This document shows, in pieces, positions 1-10,690 of a stretch of DNA of 60,729 bases; position 1 is the stretch's first letter; each line of letters opens with the position of its first letter. Source of the DNA: Sulfuricurvum sp. (lineage in GTDB: Bacteria > Campylobacterota > Campylobacteria > Campylobacterales > Sulfurimonadaceae); NCBI GenBank assembly GCA_036277315.1, contig DASUNE010000143.1:1-60729 (forward strand), written 5' to 3'. Both the position numbers and the translations under genes were made by a program. Below the pieces are notes generated by a model, which had not been told where the DNA came from, ran no database searches, and was given only the letters and a program-made list of their open reading frames with translations.

Positions 1-116
1 GAAGCGAGAACAACGTAGTCAGCAAAATAATCACTGCCGATAAGTTCAAATACTTCGATGTTTTCCGCTTTGTTCATGTCCAAAATGGAGCTTATTTTTT
101 CAATTCGTGGGTTCAT
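1..116 (-). CDS. rsfS: Ribosome silencing factor RsfS (5' part; runs off window edge)
   Basis: Manual translation from ATG at 116: MNPRIEKISSILDMNKAENIEVFELIGSDYFADYVVLAS, matching the RsfS/Iojap N-terminus (KAENI..., DYVVLAS); directly downstream of nadD, the usual neighbour. Confidence 0.85.
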   Translation of the reverse strand, partial: MNPRIEKISSILDMNKAENIEVFELIGSDYFADYVVLA

Positions 117-645
117 AGTGTTCCTTGTAGTATGTAATAATTTCGTTTTCGATTGTCTCCTCCAGCCCAAGAGAGCCAAAAGAGGAGCGAAAACCGGTTG
201 AGCTTGTACTCTCATCGACATCGAGTACGATCATGTTTTTGGGAATAACGATTCCATCCCGTGCGGCAACAACAAACGTGACCATAGAGTGCAACGCTTC
301 GTACTCATGCCACTGTGCCAGTGTTGCCAGATTGTCAGCTCCGATGATCAGATAGAGCGTATCGCATGTCGCGGCATAATGACGTACGGTTTCAATAGTA
401 AAGACGCTGTGACCAGCATTGATCTCATAATCACTAATCTCGATATTCGGGTAAGGGGCAAAAATTTGCTCTAACCAGTGAATTCGGTGAGCCCCATCCG
501 CACAAATAGAAGGCTTGAACGGGTTTCGATACGCCGGAACGATAATGAGTCTATCCACCTCCAGCGTCTCGAGTGCTTTGAGTGCGACATGAACATGCCC
601 GATGTGAGGAGGGTCAAAACTTCCGCCAAAAAGGGCTAACTTCAT
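100..645 (-). CDS. nadD: Nicotinate-nucleotide adenylyltransferase
   Basis: FGGSFDPPHIGH (HxGH) motif, IIGADN motif. Confidence 0.95.
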   Translation of the reverse strand: MKLALFGGSFDPPHIGHVHVALKALETLEVDRLIIVPAYRNPFKPSICADGAHRIHWLEQIFAPYPNIEISDYEINAGHSVFTIETVRHYAATCDTLYLIIGADNLATLAQWHEYEALHSMVTFVVAARDGIVIPKNMIVLDVDESTSSTGFRSSFGSLGLEETIENEIITYYKEHYEPTN

Positions 646-724
646 TTACTATAACTTCTTTTAAACGAAATTATAACCGATTTTTGGTAAAATCCCCCCA
701 TATATGGTTGTAGGACACAATAAG

Positions 725-1732
725 ATGGCGCTTCGTATCGCAATTAACGGTTTTGGAAGAATTGGTCGCTCGGTTACCCGCCTTGTCGCTGGACGTGATG
801 ATGTGGAACTTGTAGCGATCAATGATATGGCATCGATCGAGATGATGTGTTACCTTTTGCAAAACGATTCGGTTCATGGACCGTTTGATACCGTATCGGT
901 ATTGGATGCGCATCATCTGCAAATCGGGTCTCAAAAAGTGAGAGTTTTTTGTGAAAAAAATCCAGATGATCTCGATTTTGGGGTTTTGGGCGCAGAGGTT
1001 GTGTTTGAATGCAGCGGATTGTTTTTGACTACAGCATCGACCCAGCATCATCTGCGTAAAGGGGTTAAGAAAGTGATTTTGTCGGCTCCCAAGCAAGATG
1101 AGGTGACACCGACGTATGTATTGGGGGTGAATCACCATTTGTATCAGGGTGAGGATATCCTTTCGAATGCGTCGTGTACGACCAATTGTCTGGGCCCCAT
1201 AGTACGGATTCTCGATGAAAACTTTGGGATTGAAAAAGGGCTGATGACGACGATTCATGCCTATACCAACGGTCAAGCGATTATCGACTCGGCACATGGC
1301 AGCGATATGCGCCGTTCCCGTGCGGCTGCTTTGAATATGGTTCCGACTACGACGGGAGCAGCCAAGGCAATCTCTTTGGTCCTTCCCAATCTGGAGGGAA
1401 AGCTCCACGGTCAAAGCGTCCGTGTCCCGACTCCGGATGTCTCCATGGTCGATTTAAATGTCGTGGTATCGAAAAAAACGACCAAAGAGGAGCTCAGCCG
1501 TCTTTTTAAAGCGTATGCCCAAGGTGAGATGAGCGGAATTTTAGAGATCGATGAACGGTATCGTGTCTCACAAGATTTTGTGGGCTCGTGTTATAGTGCT
1601 ACAATTGCAGATGATCTGATTCAAGTCATCGATGGCGATATGATTAAAGTGATGGCGTGGTATGACAACGAGTGGGGTTATTCGAACCGACTCATAGAAA
1701 TGGCGAAATACATAATAAATTTTAAAGGGTGA
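725..1732 (+). CDS. gap: Glyceraldehyde-3-phosphate dehydrogenase (type I)
   Basis: [19 protein letters not shown] catalytic motif, WYDNEWGY; likely ATG start at 725. Confidence 0.97.
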   Translation: MALRIAINGFGRIGRSVTRLVAGRDDVELVAINDMASIEMMCYLLQNDSVHGPFDTVSVLDAHHLQIGSQKVRVFCEKNPDDLDFGVLGAEVVFECSGLFLTTASTQHHLRKGVKKVILSAPKQDEVTPTYVLGVNHHLYQGEDILSNASCTTNCLGPIVRILDENFGIEKGLMTTIHAYTNGQAIIDSAHGSDMRRSRAAALNMVPTTTGAAKAISLVLPNLEGKLHGQSVRVPTPDVSMVDLNVVVSKKTTKEELSRLFKAYAQGEMSGILEIDERYRVSQDFVGSCYSATIADDLIQVIDGDMIKVMAWYDNEWGYSNRLIEMAKYIINFKG

Positions 1733-2928
1733 AGATGAAACTATTGAGCATTAAAGAGTGTGACCTTTTTGGGAAAAAAGTATTTATTCGTTGTGATTTC
1801 AATGTGCCGACCGATGAATTTGGCAACATTACCGATGATCGTCGTATCCGTTCCGCCCTTTCAACCATCAAGTATTGTCTCGATCAAGAGTGTGCGGTTA
1901 TTTTGGCTTCCCATTTTGGCCGTCCAAAAGCCGGTATTTTTAGCCCTGAAGATTCCCTCTCCCCCGTCTCAAGACGTTTGCATCAGTTGTTAAAGATGGA
2001 GATCAAATTTGCTTCGGATGTCATCGGAGAAAGCGCTAAAACGTTAGTGAATGAGTTGAAAAAAGGGGAAGTCTTGTTGTTGGAAAATCTCCGTTATGAA
2101 GCGGGTGAGACCAAAAACAGTCCGGAATTAAGTGCCGCTTTGGCGTCATTTGCGCAAGTTTATATCAACGATGCTTTTGGGGTAAGTCACCGTGCGCACG
2201 CATCGGTAGCGGGGATCACAGACTATTTCGACACGAAACATAAAGCGGCAGGATTTTTACTTCTTAAAGAGATCGAATTTTTTGATACGTTGCTGGAGCG
2301 TCCGGTCCGCCCTTTTGCGGCGATTGTCGGAGGCAGCAAAGTTTCGGGAAAACTCGAAGCATTGGTGAATCTTTTACCCCGTGTCGACAAAGTACTCATT
2401 GGCGGAGGTATGGCATTTACGTTTCTAAAAGCATTGGGACACGATGTTGGAAACTCATTGGTTGAAGATGATTTGTTGGATGAAGCGATTAAGATCATGG
2501 CAGAGGCAACGCAATTGGGGGTTAAATTTTATCTCCCTGTGGACGTTGTCGCGGCGGAAAAATTCAGTGCTGATTCTCATAGTCGGATGGTGAGCTCTCA
2601 AGAGATCCCTTCCGGTTGGATGGGATTGGATATTGGAACGGCAACGGTTGAGCTGTACCGTGAAGTTCTCGAAGACGTCAAAACCGTTCTTTGGAACGGT
2701 CCGATGGGTGTTTTTGAGATGGAAAAATTTGCCAAAGGTTCAAACAAGATCGCGCACATTGTCGCTGAATTGGATGCGACAACGGTGGTCGGCGGTGGAG
2801 ATACGGCTGATTTGGTGCAGCGTATTGATATGGATGATGCTATGAGTTTTATCTCTACTGGCGGCGGTGCATCATTGGAACTCTTAGAGGGTAAAGTGCT
2901 TCCCGGTGTTAAACCACTTATGAAATAA
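1729..2928 (+). CDS. pgk: Phosphoglycerate kinase
   Basis: [39 protein letters not shown] motifs. Confidence 0.97.
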   Translation: MKMKLLSIKECDLFGKKVFIRCDFNVPTDEFGNITDDRRIRSALSTIKYCLDQECAVILASHFGRPKAGIFSPEDSLSPVSRRLHQLLKMEIKFASDVIGESAKTLVNELKKGEVLLLENLRYEAGETKNSPELSAALASFAQVYINDAFGVSHRAHASVAGITDYFDTKHKAAGFLLLKEIEFFDTLLERPVRPFAAIVGGSKVSGKLEALVNLLPRVDKVLIGGGMAFTFLKALGHDVGNSLVEDDLLDEAIKIMAEATQLGVKFYLPVDVVAAEKFSADSHSRMVSSQEIPSGWMGLDIGTATVELYREVLEDVKTVLWNGPMGVFEMEKFAKGSNKIAHIVAELDATTVVGGGDTADLVQRIDMDDAMSFISTGGGASLELLEGKVLPGVKPLMK

Positions 2929-2938
2929 ATAGTTAAAA

Positions 2939-3020
2939 GTGCGGTTTACTGCACGTGGGCTTCCTGCCAAAGGAAACCTAGTGTTAACGTAGCCAATCGG
3001 GATTTTATTCCGATGGCGTT
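2939..3020 (+). repeat. Cluster of REP-like palindromes, including a GTAG-type REP (2989-3020)
   Basis: Three short hairpins in the pgk-tpiA gap; the last is GTAG followed by the palindrome gccaatcggga-tttta-ttccgatggc; 21/22 nt recur inverted at 44082-44103. Confidence 0.65.
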
Positions 3021-3043
3021 ATTTTCTATAAAAGGACAGTGTC

Positions 3044-4590
<1,547 letters not shown>

Positions 4591-4592
4591 CT

Positions 4593-5078
4593 CTATTTTC
4601 CTATCACCGGAAGACTTTCCAGCTTCTGAACATTTGAAACCTCCTGCGGTTTCCCCTCATTCATCTTCGCTTTATTTTCATGATACACTTTCCACTTATC
4701 CGCATATTTTTGTAACGTAAAAGGGGTCTCATCTTCAGGGGCAACAACTGCAGCCGTCGTAGTGGTCAGAACTTTACCATCGGGTGCTGTTGTGGTTGTC
4801 ACGATCTCAGTTGCATCGGTTTTGGTTTGGATCGTTGTCCCATCGGGAGCTGTTGTCGTTGTTACTTTTGGAGCCGTCATTGGCGTCCACTCTTCTTTGA
4901 GCCAACCATCGAGTGAGCGCTGCATCGCACCGCCTTCAGATGTTGCGGTACCGCTTGGAGACACTGCATTAAGAGAAGTGTTTTGGGAAGGGGCAACTCC
5001 TTCGCGATTGGCACAACCGCTTGTGAGAGCTATCACTGAAATGAGTGCGAGTGAGAGATATGTACGATTCATAAACAA
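4593..5078 (-). CDS. Hypothetical lipoprotein with Thr-rich internal repeats
   Basis: Lipobox LTSG-C after a hydrophobic signal; repeated TTTTAPDG units. Confidence 0.75.
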   Translation of the reverse strand: MFMNRTYLSLALISVIALTSGCANREGVAPSQNTSLNAVSPSGTATSEGGAMQRSLDGWLKEEWTPMTAPKVTTTTAPDGTTIQTKTDATEIVTTTTAPDGKVLTTTTAAVVAPEDETPFTLQKYADKWKVYHENKAKMNEGKPQEVSNVQKLESLPVIGK

Positions 5079-5226
5079 CCTTTAGTCTAATTTCTAATGA
5101 TAACTATACCACACTCTTATAAGCTTTGCAGAAGAATAGGAAGAAAAAAAATCTTATAATAGTTCTGTTTAAGCATGTTTCCATTGGTAAACAAAGGGTA
5201 AATACAAGATGATTTAAAAAGCTTTG

Positions 5227-5249
5227 TTTAAGAATTCCAGCGTTACAAT
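5227..5249 (+). promoter_or_regulatory. Predicted sigma70-type promoter of porin 1 (TTTAAG-N11-TACAAT), TSS about 5255-5257
   Basis: Same TTTAAG-N11-TAnAAT spacing as the promoter in front of the 6S RNA (51922-51944). Confidence 0.6.
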
Positions 5250-5310
5250 GGTTTTCGACGAAACAAAAACAGGGTAATTCCCAAAGTCAAGCTTTATTTA
5301 AGGAGAACGA

Positions 5311-6666
5311 ATGAAATTAGTTAAAATGAGCCTTGTGGCTGCAATGGTGATGGGTGCGAGCGCATTCGCGATCGATAACGTAAAAGTTAGCGGTGATGCA
5401 AAAGTATTTTACAGTACAAATGATGCAGATACAACAAATCCTATAACTGGGAATTTTGATAATGATTTGTTTTCAAAAGGTACAAGTGCCGCAGATACAG
5501 CTCTTCGTATCGGTGTAACGGGTGATTTGCTGAAAGGTGTCTCATTTGGTGCTACAGGGTATGCTATTAGTACTCTTGGTTTAGAAAACAATCTTGTTGA
5601 TGCGACTTGGAGTGGTGCTCATGCTGCAAGAACGGGAACAGGTGCAGGATACGCAGAAGTAGATGATCAAGCGTGGATGGGTGAACTTTGGATCGCAGCA
5701 ACTGCAGGCAAAACAACAGCTAAAGTAGGCCGTATGGAGCTTGATACCCCATTAGCATTCTCTGAAAAGTGGTCAATTGTTCCTAATACATTTGACGCTG
5801 CCGTTGTAATTAATCAAGATATTCCGGATACGACATTGATCGGTGCATGGGTCGGTAAAGGAAATGGAACCAATGCTGTTGGTGGTTTGGGACTTGGTAC
5901 TGATAATGAATCAACATTAGATAGCATTGGCCTTGCAGTAGATCGTGGTGTAGTTGGTGCTAATGCTAATTTCACGACATTTGCAAATGGCGGTGCGTAT
6001 GCGGTAGCTGCTATTAATAACTCATTTAAACCTCTTACAGCGCAAGCATGGTATTACAATGTTGCTAATATCGCTGATGCATATTGGTTGCAAGCGGATA
6101 TCGATTGTCAGCTAGTAAAAGGGGTTAAAATCGGTGCACAATACGCCAATATGGATACAAAAGGTGCTCTAAATACTTTTTTAGTAAATAATACAATGTC
6201 AACATCTGATTCAAGTGCATACGCATTTAAATTAGGTTATGAAGGGATTGAAAATCTAAAAGTTTCAGCGGCATATTCGGATGCGGATAATGATGGAGTT
6301 CTTCATATTGCGAACGTTGCAACCAATAACCTTGGAAATGCACAGTCTAAGCTCTATACAGAAGCAGCATGGGGTGGTAGCAATTACGGTTACGTAAGTG
6401 CTCCAGGTGCTGAATCATGGAATGCAAAAGCTAGCTACGATATGAAAGATGTTGCTAAATTTTGCGCATCATATACTTCTGTAGACAATGATATTGTTGG
6501 AAGTACTCATAATCTTGATGAAATAGCATTGTCTGTTTCTAAATCGTTTGGGCCATTGGATGCTAAATTGGCATACATTAGCACAGACGCTGATGATCAG
6601 AACAACGCTGATGGTACTGCTGCTCAATACAACACTGTTAATGCATATTTAACTCTTAACTTCTAA
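5311..6666 (+). CDS. Major outer membrane porin (Campylobacterota MOMP-like), paralogue 1
   Basis: MKLVKMSLVAA signal typical of Campylobacter MOMP, KVGRMELDTP motif, beta-strand pattern, C-terminal Phe; strong AAGGAG RBS. Confidence 0.88.
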   Translation: MKLVKMSLVAAMVMGASAFAIDNVKVSGDAKVFYSTNDADTTNPITGNFDNDLFSKGTSAADTALRIGVTGDLLKGVSFGATGYAISTLGLENNLVDATWSGAHAARTGTGAGYAEVDDQAWMGELWIAATAGKTTAKVGRMELDTPLAFSEKWSIVPNTFDAAVVINQDIPDTTLIGAWVGKGNGTNAVGGLGLGTDNESTLDSIGLAVDRGVVGANANFTTFANGGAYAVAAINNSFKPLTAQAWYYNVANIADAYWLQADIDCQLVKGVKIGAQYANMDTKGALNTFLVNNTMSTSDSSAYAFKLGYEGIENLKVSAAYSDADNDGVLHIANVATNNLGNAQSKLYTEAAWGGSNYGYVSAPGAESWNAKASYDMKDVAKFCASYTSVDNDIVGSTHNLDEIALSVSKSFGPLDAKLAYISTDADDQNNADGTAAQYNTVNAYLTLNF

Positions 6667-6682
6667 GAGTTTTTTCTTCTCT

Positions 6683-6720
6683 CGTCATTCCGTGCCATGG
6701 CGCGGTATGACATCTGTTTT
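6683..6720 (+). terminator. GC-rich hairpin after porin 1 (terminator-like; resembles a CGTC-type REP)
   Basis: gtcattccgtgc...gcgcggtatgac palindrome followed by T-rich sequence. Confidence 0.6.
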
Positions 6721-6896
6721 CTCTCCATTGTTTGTTTCTTTTGTACACTTACTCTTATATGCTTCTTCAACACTCGTTTTATTTACTTGGTTCAAAACAG
6801 TTAATTGATTAAAAAATAGGCAGTTATTTGCATTTATCATGTTCGTCCAGTGATAAACTTGTTTCGACATAAGTCAATAGAACTTAAGGAGAAACA

Positions 6897-8159
6897 ATGA
6901 GATTAGTTAAAATGAGTCTTGCAGCAGCGGTGTTGCTGGGTGCAAGTGCGTTTGCGATCGATAACGTAAAAGTAAGCGGTGATGCAAAGTTGTTTTACAG
7001 CACAGACAATTTGGATAAACCTGCAGGGACTTCAAGTGATGGTCTTTTCGGTCAGGCAAACAGTGTTGGTGATACAGCCCTTCGTATTGGTGTAACGGGA
7101 GATTTGCTCAAAGGGGTCTCGTTTGGTGCAACGGGATATGCAGTATCTACTCTTGGGTTAGAAAACAACCTTGTGTCAAATACCTGGGCTGGTTCTCGTA
7201 GCGGCGTAAAAGACAATGCCTGGATGGGTGAGCTTTGGATTGCTGCGACAGCGGGTAAAACGACAGCTAAAGTTGGTCGTATGGAGCTTGATACACCATT
7301 GGTATTTTCTGAAAAATGGTCAATTGTTCAAAATACATTTAACGCAGCGGTGTTGATGAATACGGATATCCCAGATACGACACTAGTAGGTGCTTGGATT
7401 GGTCAAGGAAATGGACTAAATACTGGAGGTGTTAACAATGATAATCCAGAAGGCTGGGATTACATGGGTAAAGAATTCGGAACTTTTGCTAAAAGTGGTG
7501 CATATGCAGTAGGGGCTATCAACAACTCTTTCAAACCATTGGTTGCACAAGGATGGTATTACAATGTTTCCAGTGTTGCGGATGCTTATTGGTTGCAAGC
7601 GGATTGGGATTGCCAGTTGATTAAAGATGTAAAAGTAGGAGTTCAATACGCAAGCATGGATCCTAAAGGCATTTTAAGTGCAGAAAAGGATTCTGAGGCA
7701 TATGCGGTTAAAGTGGCCTATGCAGGTGTTAAGGATTTAACATTATCTGCTGCTTATTCGAGCGCAGACAAAGATAATGGAGTCTTGAATATTGCTAACG
7801 TAGCAACGGCTAATAACCCTAGTTTATCTGGGTATAGTGGCAAATTTGCTGCACAATCAAAATTGTACACTGAAGCGTGGTGGAATTTTGGATATGTAGG
7901 TACTCCGGGTGCTGACGCTATTGCATTAATTGCAGCTTATGATGCAGGTTTTGCACAGTTTTTTGCACAATTTACAGATATAAATATTAAATCGGCCGGT
8001 GCTACTGATACAACAGATGTGACAGAAGTAACATTGACGGCTACTAAATCATTTGGTCCATTGGATGCAACATTGGCCTATATCTCAGCGGATGATGAGA
8101 ATGTAAATGCTGGTAAACGTTACGATACCGTTCAAGGATACTTGACTTTTAAATTCTAA
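6897..8159 (+). CDS. Major outer membrane porin (MOMP-like), paralogue 2
   Basis: Near-identical N-terminal and strand segments to porin 1, divergent loops; C-terminal FKF; own TGnTAAACT extended -10 at 6851. Confidence 0.88.
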   Translation: MRLVKMSLAAAVLLGASAFAIDNVKVSGDAKLFYSTDNLDKPAGTSSDGLFGQANSVGDTALRIGVTGDLLKGVSFGATGYAVSTLGLENNLVSNTWAGSRSGVKDNAWMGELWIAATAGKTTAKVGRMELDTPLVFSEKWSIVQNTFNAAVLMNTDIPDTTLVGAWIGQGNGLNTGGVNNDNPEGWDYMGKEFGTFAKSGAYAVGAINNSFKPLVAQGWYYNVSSVADAYWLQADWDCQLIKDVKVGVQYASMDPKGILSAEKDSEAYAVKVAYAGVKDLTLSAAYSSADKDNGVLNIANVATANNPSLSGYSGKFAAQSKLYTEAWWNFGYVGTPGADAIALIAAYDAGFAQFFAQFTDINIKSAGATDTTDVTEVTLTATKSFGPLDATLAYISADDENVNAGKRYDTVQGYLTFKF

Positions 8160-8252
8160 TCCTTTGTAGAAGCTTGCACTTGTTTTTGTTTCGTCGCACA
8201 TGCAATTGCAGGACTTAACTCTCTGTCTCTTTGAGACGGAGGATTTTCTTTC
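8160..8252 (+). ncRNA. Candidate 3'UTR-derived antisense RNA complementary to the porin 1 5' end
   Basis: 8181-8196 is the exact reverse complement of 5256-5271; it sits in a loop closed by ttgca/tgcaa and is followed by an intrinsic terminator. Confidence 0.5.
8221..8252 (+). terminator. Intrinsic terminator after porin 2
   Basis: ctctgtctc-ttt-gagacggag stem followed by T-rich tract. Confidence 0.7.
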
Positions 8253-8287
8253 TTGACTCCCCAAAATCCTTCGGTTATAATCGCTGA

Positions 8288-9241
8288 ATGAAATACTTAC
8301 TTCGCTCCTTGTCCTATACCCTTTTCATGCTTTTTTTAATTTCGATTATCTCTTTTATCGCAATGCACGCGGCACCCAACAGTTTTATGGGCGGTGAACT
8401 CAATCCCAATATGACTCCTGAAAACATTGCACAGCTCAAAGCGATCTACGGTTTGGATAAGCCATTGGTGCAACAGTACGTGAGTTGGGTAGGTAATCTG
8501 ACACAACTTAATTTCGGGATCTCTTTTGTCAGTGGAGAGCAAGTAAGCGATGTTGTACAGGATCGTCTTCCTGTGACACTGTGGATGAACATGGTGGCTC
8601 TTGTGATGACGTTTGCCGTTTCGCTGTGGATGGGGATGCGTGCTGCACTGAATTATGAAAAGTTCAGCGATCACGCGATTACGCAATTCTCACTCCTTAG
8701 TTTTGCAATGCCTTCGTATTATTTGGCATTGATACTGATGCTGGGGATGAGTGTAACGCTGGGGTGGTTTCCGATTGCGGGGCTTCATTCTCTGGAACCG
8801 CCGCAAGGGTTCGGATATTACGTGGATATGGTGTGGCATTTAACGTTGCCGGTAACGGTTATGGTACTCGTAGGTGTGGGGAGTCTGGCATTGTACATTC
8901 GTTCCCTCACCTTGGAAATACTCAAAAGTGATTACGTCTATTTTGCACGATCCCGCGGAATGGATGAGAAGATGATTATCCGATACATGATTTTACCCAA
9001 TCTGTTGCCCCCTATTGTGACGATGCTTGGGCTTTCGCTTCCGGGGCTTATCGGGGGGTCGGTGATACTGGAGTCGATTTTTGGGATAGAGGGGATGGGG
9101 CAGTTGTTTTACATGAGTGCTATGAGTCGGGATTATCCGGTGATTATGGGGATTTTGATGATGAGTGCGTTTTTGACACTGATAGGGAATCAGATCGCGG
9201 ATGCGGTACTTTTGAAGTTGAATCCGTTTGTGAAACGATAA
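8288..9241 (+). CDS. Peptide/nickel ABC transporter permease (DppB/OppB family)
   Basis: YGLDKPLVQQY, SDYVYFARSRG (EAA loop), GSVILESIF, RDYPVIMG motifs. Confidence 0.9.
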   Translation: MKYLLRSLSYTLFMLFLISIISFIAMHAAPNSFMGGELNPNMTPENIAQLKAIYGLDKPLVQQYVSWVGNLTQLNFGISFVSGEQVSDVVQDRLPVTLWMNMVALVMTFAVSLWMGMRAALNYEKFSDHAITQFSLLSFAMPSYYLALILMLGMSVTLGWFPIAGLHSLEPPQGFGYYVDMVWHLTLPVTVMVLVGVGSLALYIRSLTLEILKSDYVYFARSRGMDEKMIIRYMILPNLLPPIVTMLGLSLPGLIGGSVILESIFGIEGMGQLFYMSAMSRDYPVIMGILMMSAFLTLIGNQIADAVLLKLNPFVKR

Positions 9242-9390
9242 TTTTCTTTTCTTTAACCGCAAAGAAAAGAAACAAAAGAAGCTCGTCTCTCAACCAAACC
9301 GCTCACACATCACTTCACACGTCTGCGGTGAGTGTGGCTATTTGGATGATTGAGAGACAGATTATTTTATTATTTTCGCTCAAGCGAAAA
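9242..9390. repeat. Intergenic palindrome cluster between convergent genes (Py/Pu mirror tract, long hairpin, bidirectional terminator)
   Basis: ttttcttttcttt/aaagaaaagaaa/aaaagaa tract; gtctctcaa...ttgagagac stem at 9285-9358; ttttcgc-tcaa-gcgaaaa at 9373-9390. Confidence 0.55.
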
Positions 9391-9403
9391 GTATAGATCG
9401 GTA

Positions 9404-10525
9404 TTAATTTCCGAAAAGTGCTTCAAGAGAGCCAATACCCTCTTTTTTCTCTTCGGATGCCGCAGCACTGTCCCCTTGCTCTTTAAGCTCGATGATGTAG
9501 CCTGTAAGCATGGAGGCAAGACGGATGTTGATTCCGCTTTTACCAATGGCTTTGGATTTTTGATCGCTTGGGAGAGTGACGATCGCTTTTCTCTCTCCAT
9601 TTTCATCTTCCGTTACACTGACGGCAGTGATGATGGCAGGGCTCATCGCACGGGAGATAAAGAGTTCAGGTGAGGCACTGTACTCAACACAGTCGATGTT
9701 TTCGCCGCACAGCTCTTCGCTCACTGCGTTGATACGTACGCCGCGTACCCCAACGGTTGCACCGATCGGATCGATTTGTGGACGGTTGGTATAGAGGGCG
9801 ATTTTGGCACGCTCACCCGGGATACGGGCACATCTCTCAACGACGACGATACCGTCTTTGATCTCAGGTACTTCTAATGCAAGGAGTTCTTCGAGGAATT
9901 TTGGTGCGGTGCGTGAAAGCTCCATGGTAATTCCCATGACTTTGTCTACATTAACACGACGTACCAGAGCGCTGACCACGTCACCGACTTTGAATTTTTC
10001 ACCCTTGATACGGCTTTTCATCGCTAATACAGCACGAATCTCATCGATTTCGATGGTGGTGTTTTGGTCGTTATCAACACGCGTTACCCGTCCTGAAACG
10101 ATTTGGTTGATTTTGTTTTTGTATTTGTCGTAAAGTTCATTTTCGACGAGACGCTGGATGTGAAACTCTATCTCTCGGTGCAAGGTTGCAAACGCGCTTC
10201 GCCCGTAGGTCTCGAGTTCATGCTCCATTTGGAGCTGATCGCCGATTTCGGCTTCATCGTCAATCTCTTTTGCAGCAGAAATACTCATGTAGGCACCTGC
10301 TGATTCACCTTCCAATTCGTGAGCATCATCGGCTACTACGGTAATGACTTGACGTAATTTTACTTGTTTGGTGCGATCATCGACATCGGCTTCAAAGGCA
10401 AAAGTTGGATTAATAATACGTTTGGCGGTTTGTATAAAGGCTGTTTTGATGGCTTCGGTGACATTTTCACGGTTCAACCCTTTTTCGCTGGCGATGGAGT
10501 CGATAATATCTAGCATATTTTCCAT
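9404..10525 (-). CDS. nusA: Transcription termination/antitermination factor NusA
   Basis: N-terminal EKGL, S1 domain, LEVPEI, RIPGERAKIA, KAIGKSGINIRLA KH motifs. Confidence 0.96.
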   Translation of the reverse strand: MENMLDIIDSIASEKGLNRENVTEAIKTAFIQTAKRIINPTFAFEADVDDRTKQVKLRQVITVVADDAHELEGESAGAYMSISAAKEIDDEAEIGDQLQMEHELETYGRSAFATLHREIEFHIQRLVENELYDKYKNKINQIVSGRVTRVDNDQNTTIEIDEIRAVLAMKSRIKGEKFKVGDVVSALVRRVNVDKVMGITMELSRTAPKFLEELLALEVPEIKDGIVVVERCARIPGERAKIALYTNRPQIDPIGATVGVRGVRINAVSEELCGENIDCVEYSASPELFISRAMSPAIITAVSVTEDENGERKAIVTLPSDQKSKAIGKSGINIRLASMLTGYIIELKEQGDSAAASEEKKEGIGSLEALFGN

Positions 10526-10690
10526 AGGAATATCCTCTTATTTTGGGTGGTCATAAAAAATAATAGTGTCAATAAAGGGAGCTTTTTTATGAAGAATGGG
10601 ATTATACAAAAAAAACGCTTAATAGGATATTTATTGAAATAGAGGTAAAATGTCTGAATTATCAAGACCTCCAATTCAAAGGGAAAAATC

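Noticed and set aside
671-1414. Long antisense ORFs (e.g. 671-1414, 26227-26847, 43039-43578, 48484-48996, 59152-59631)
   Set aside because: Shadow frames opposite well-supported housekeeping genes, with no recognisable motifs
6715-6742. Reciprocal antisense from the porin 1 3' region to the porin 2 start (cattgttt vs aaacaatg)
   Set aside because: Only about 8 nt in T-rich sequence, and downstream of the porin 1 hairpin; expected by chance
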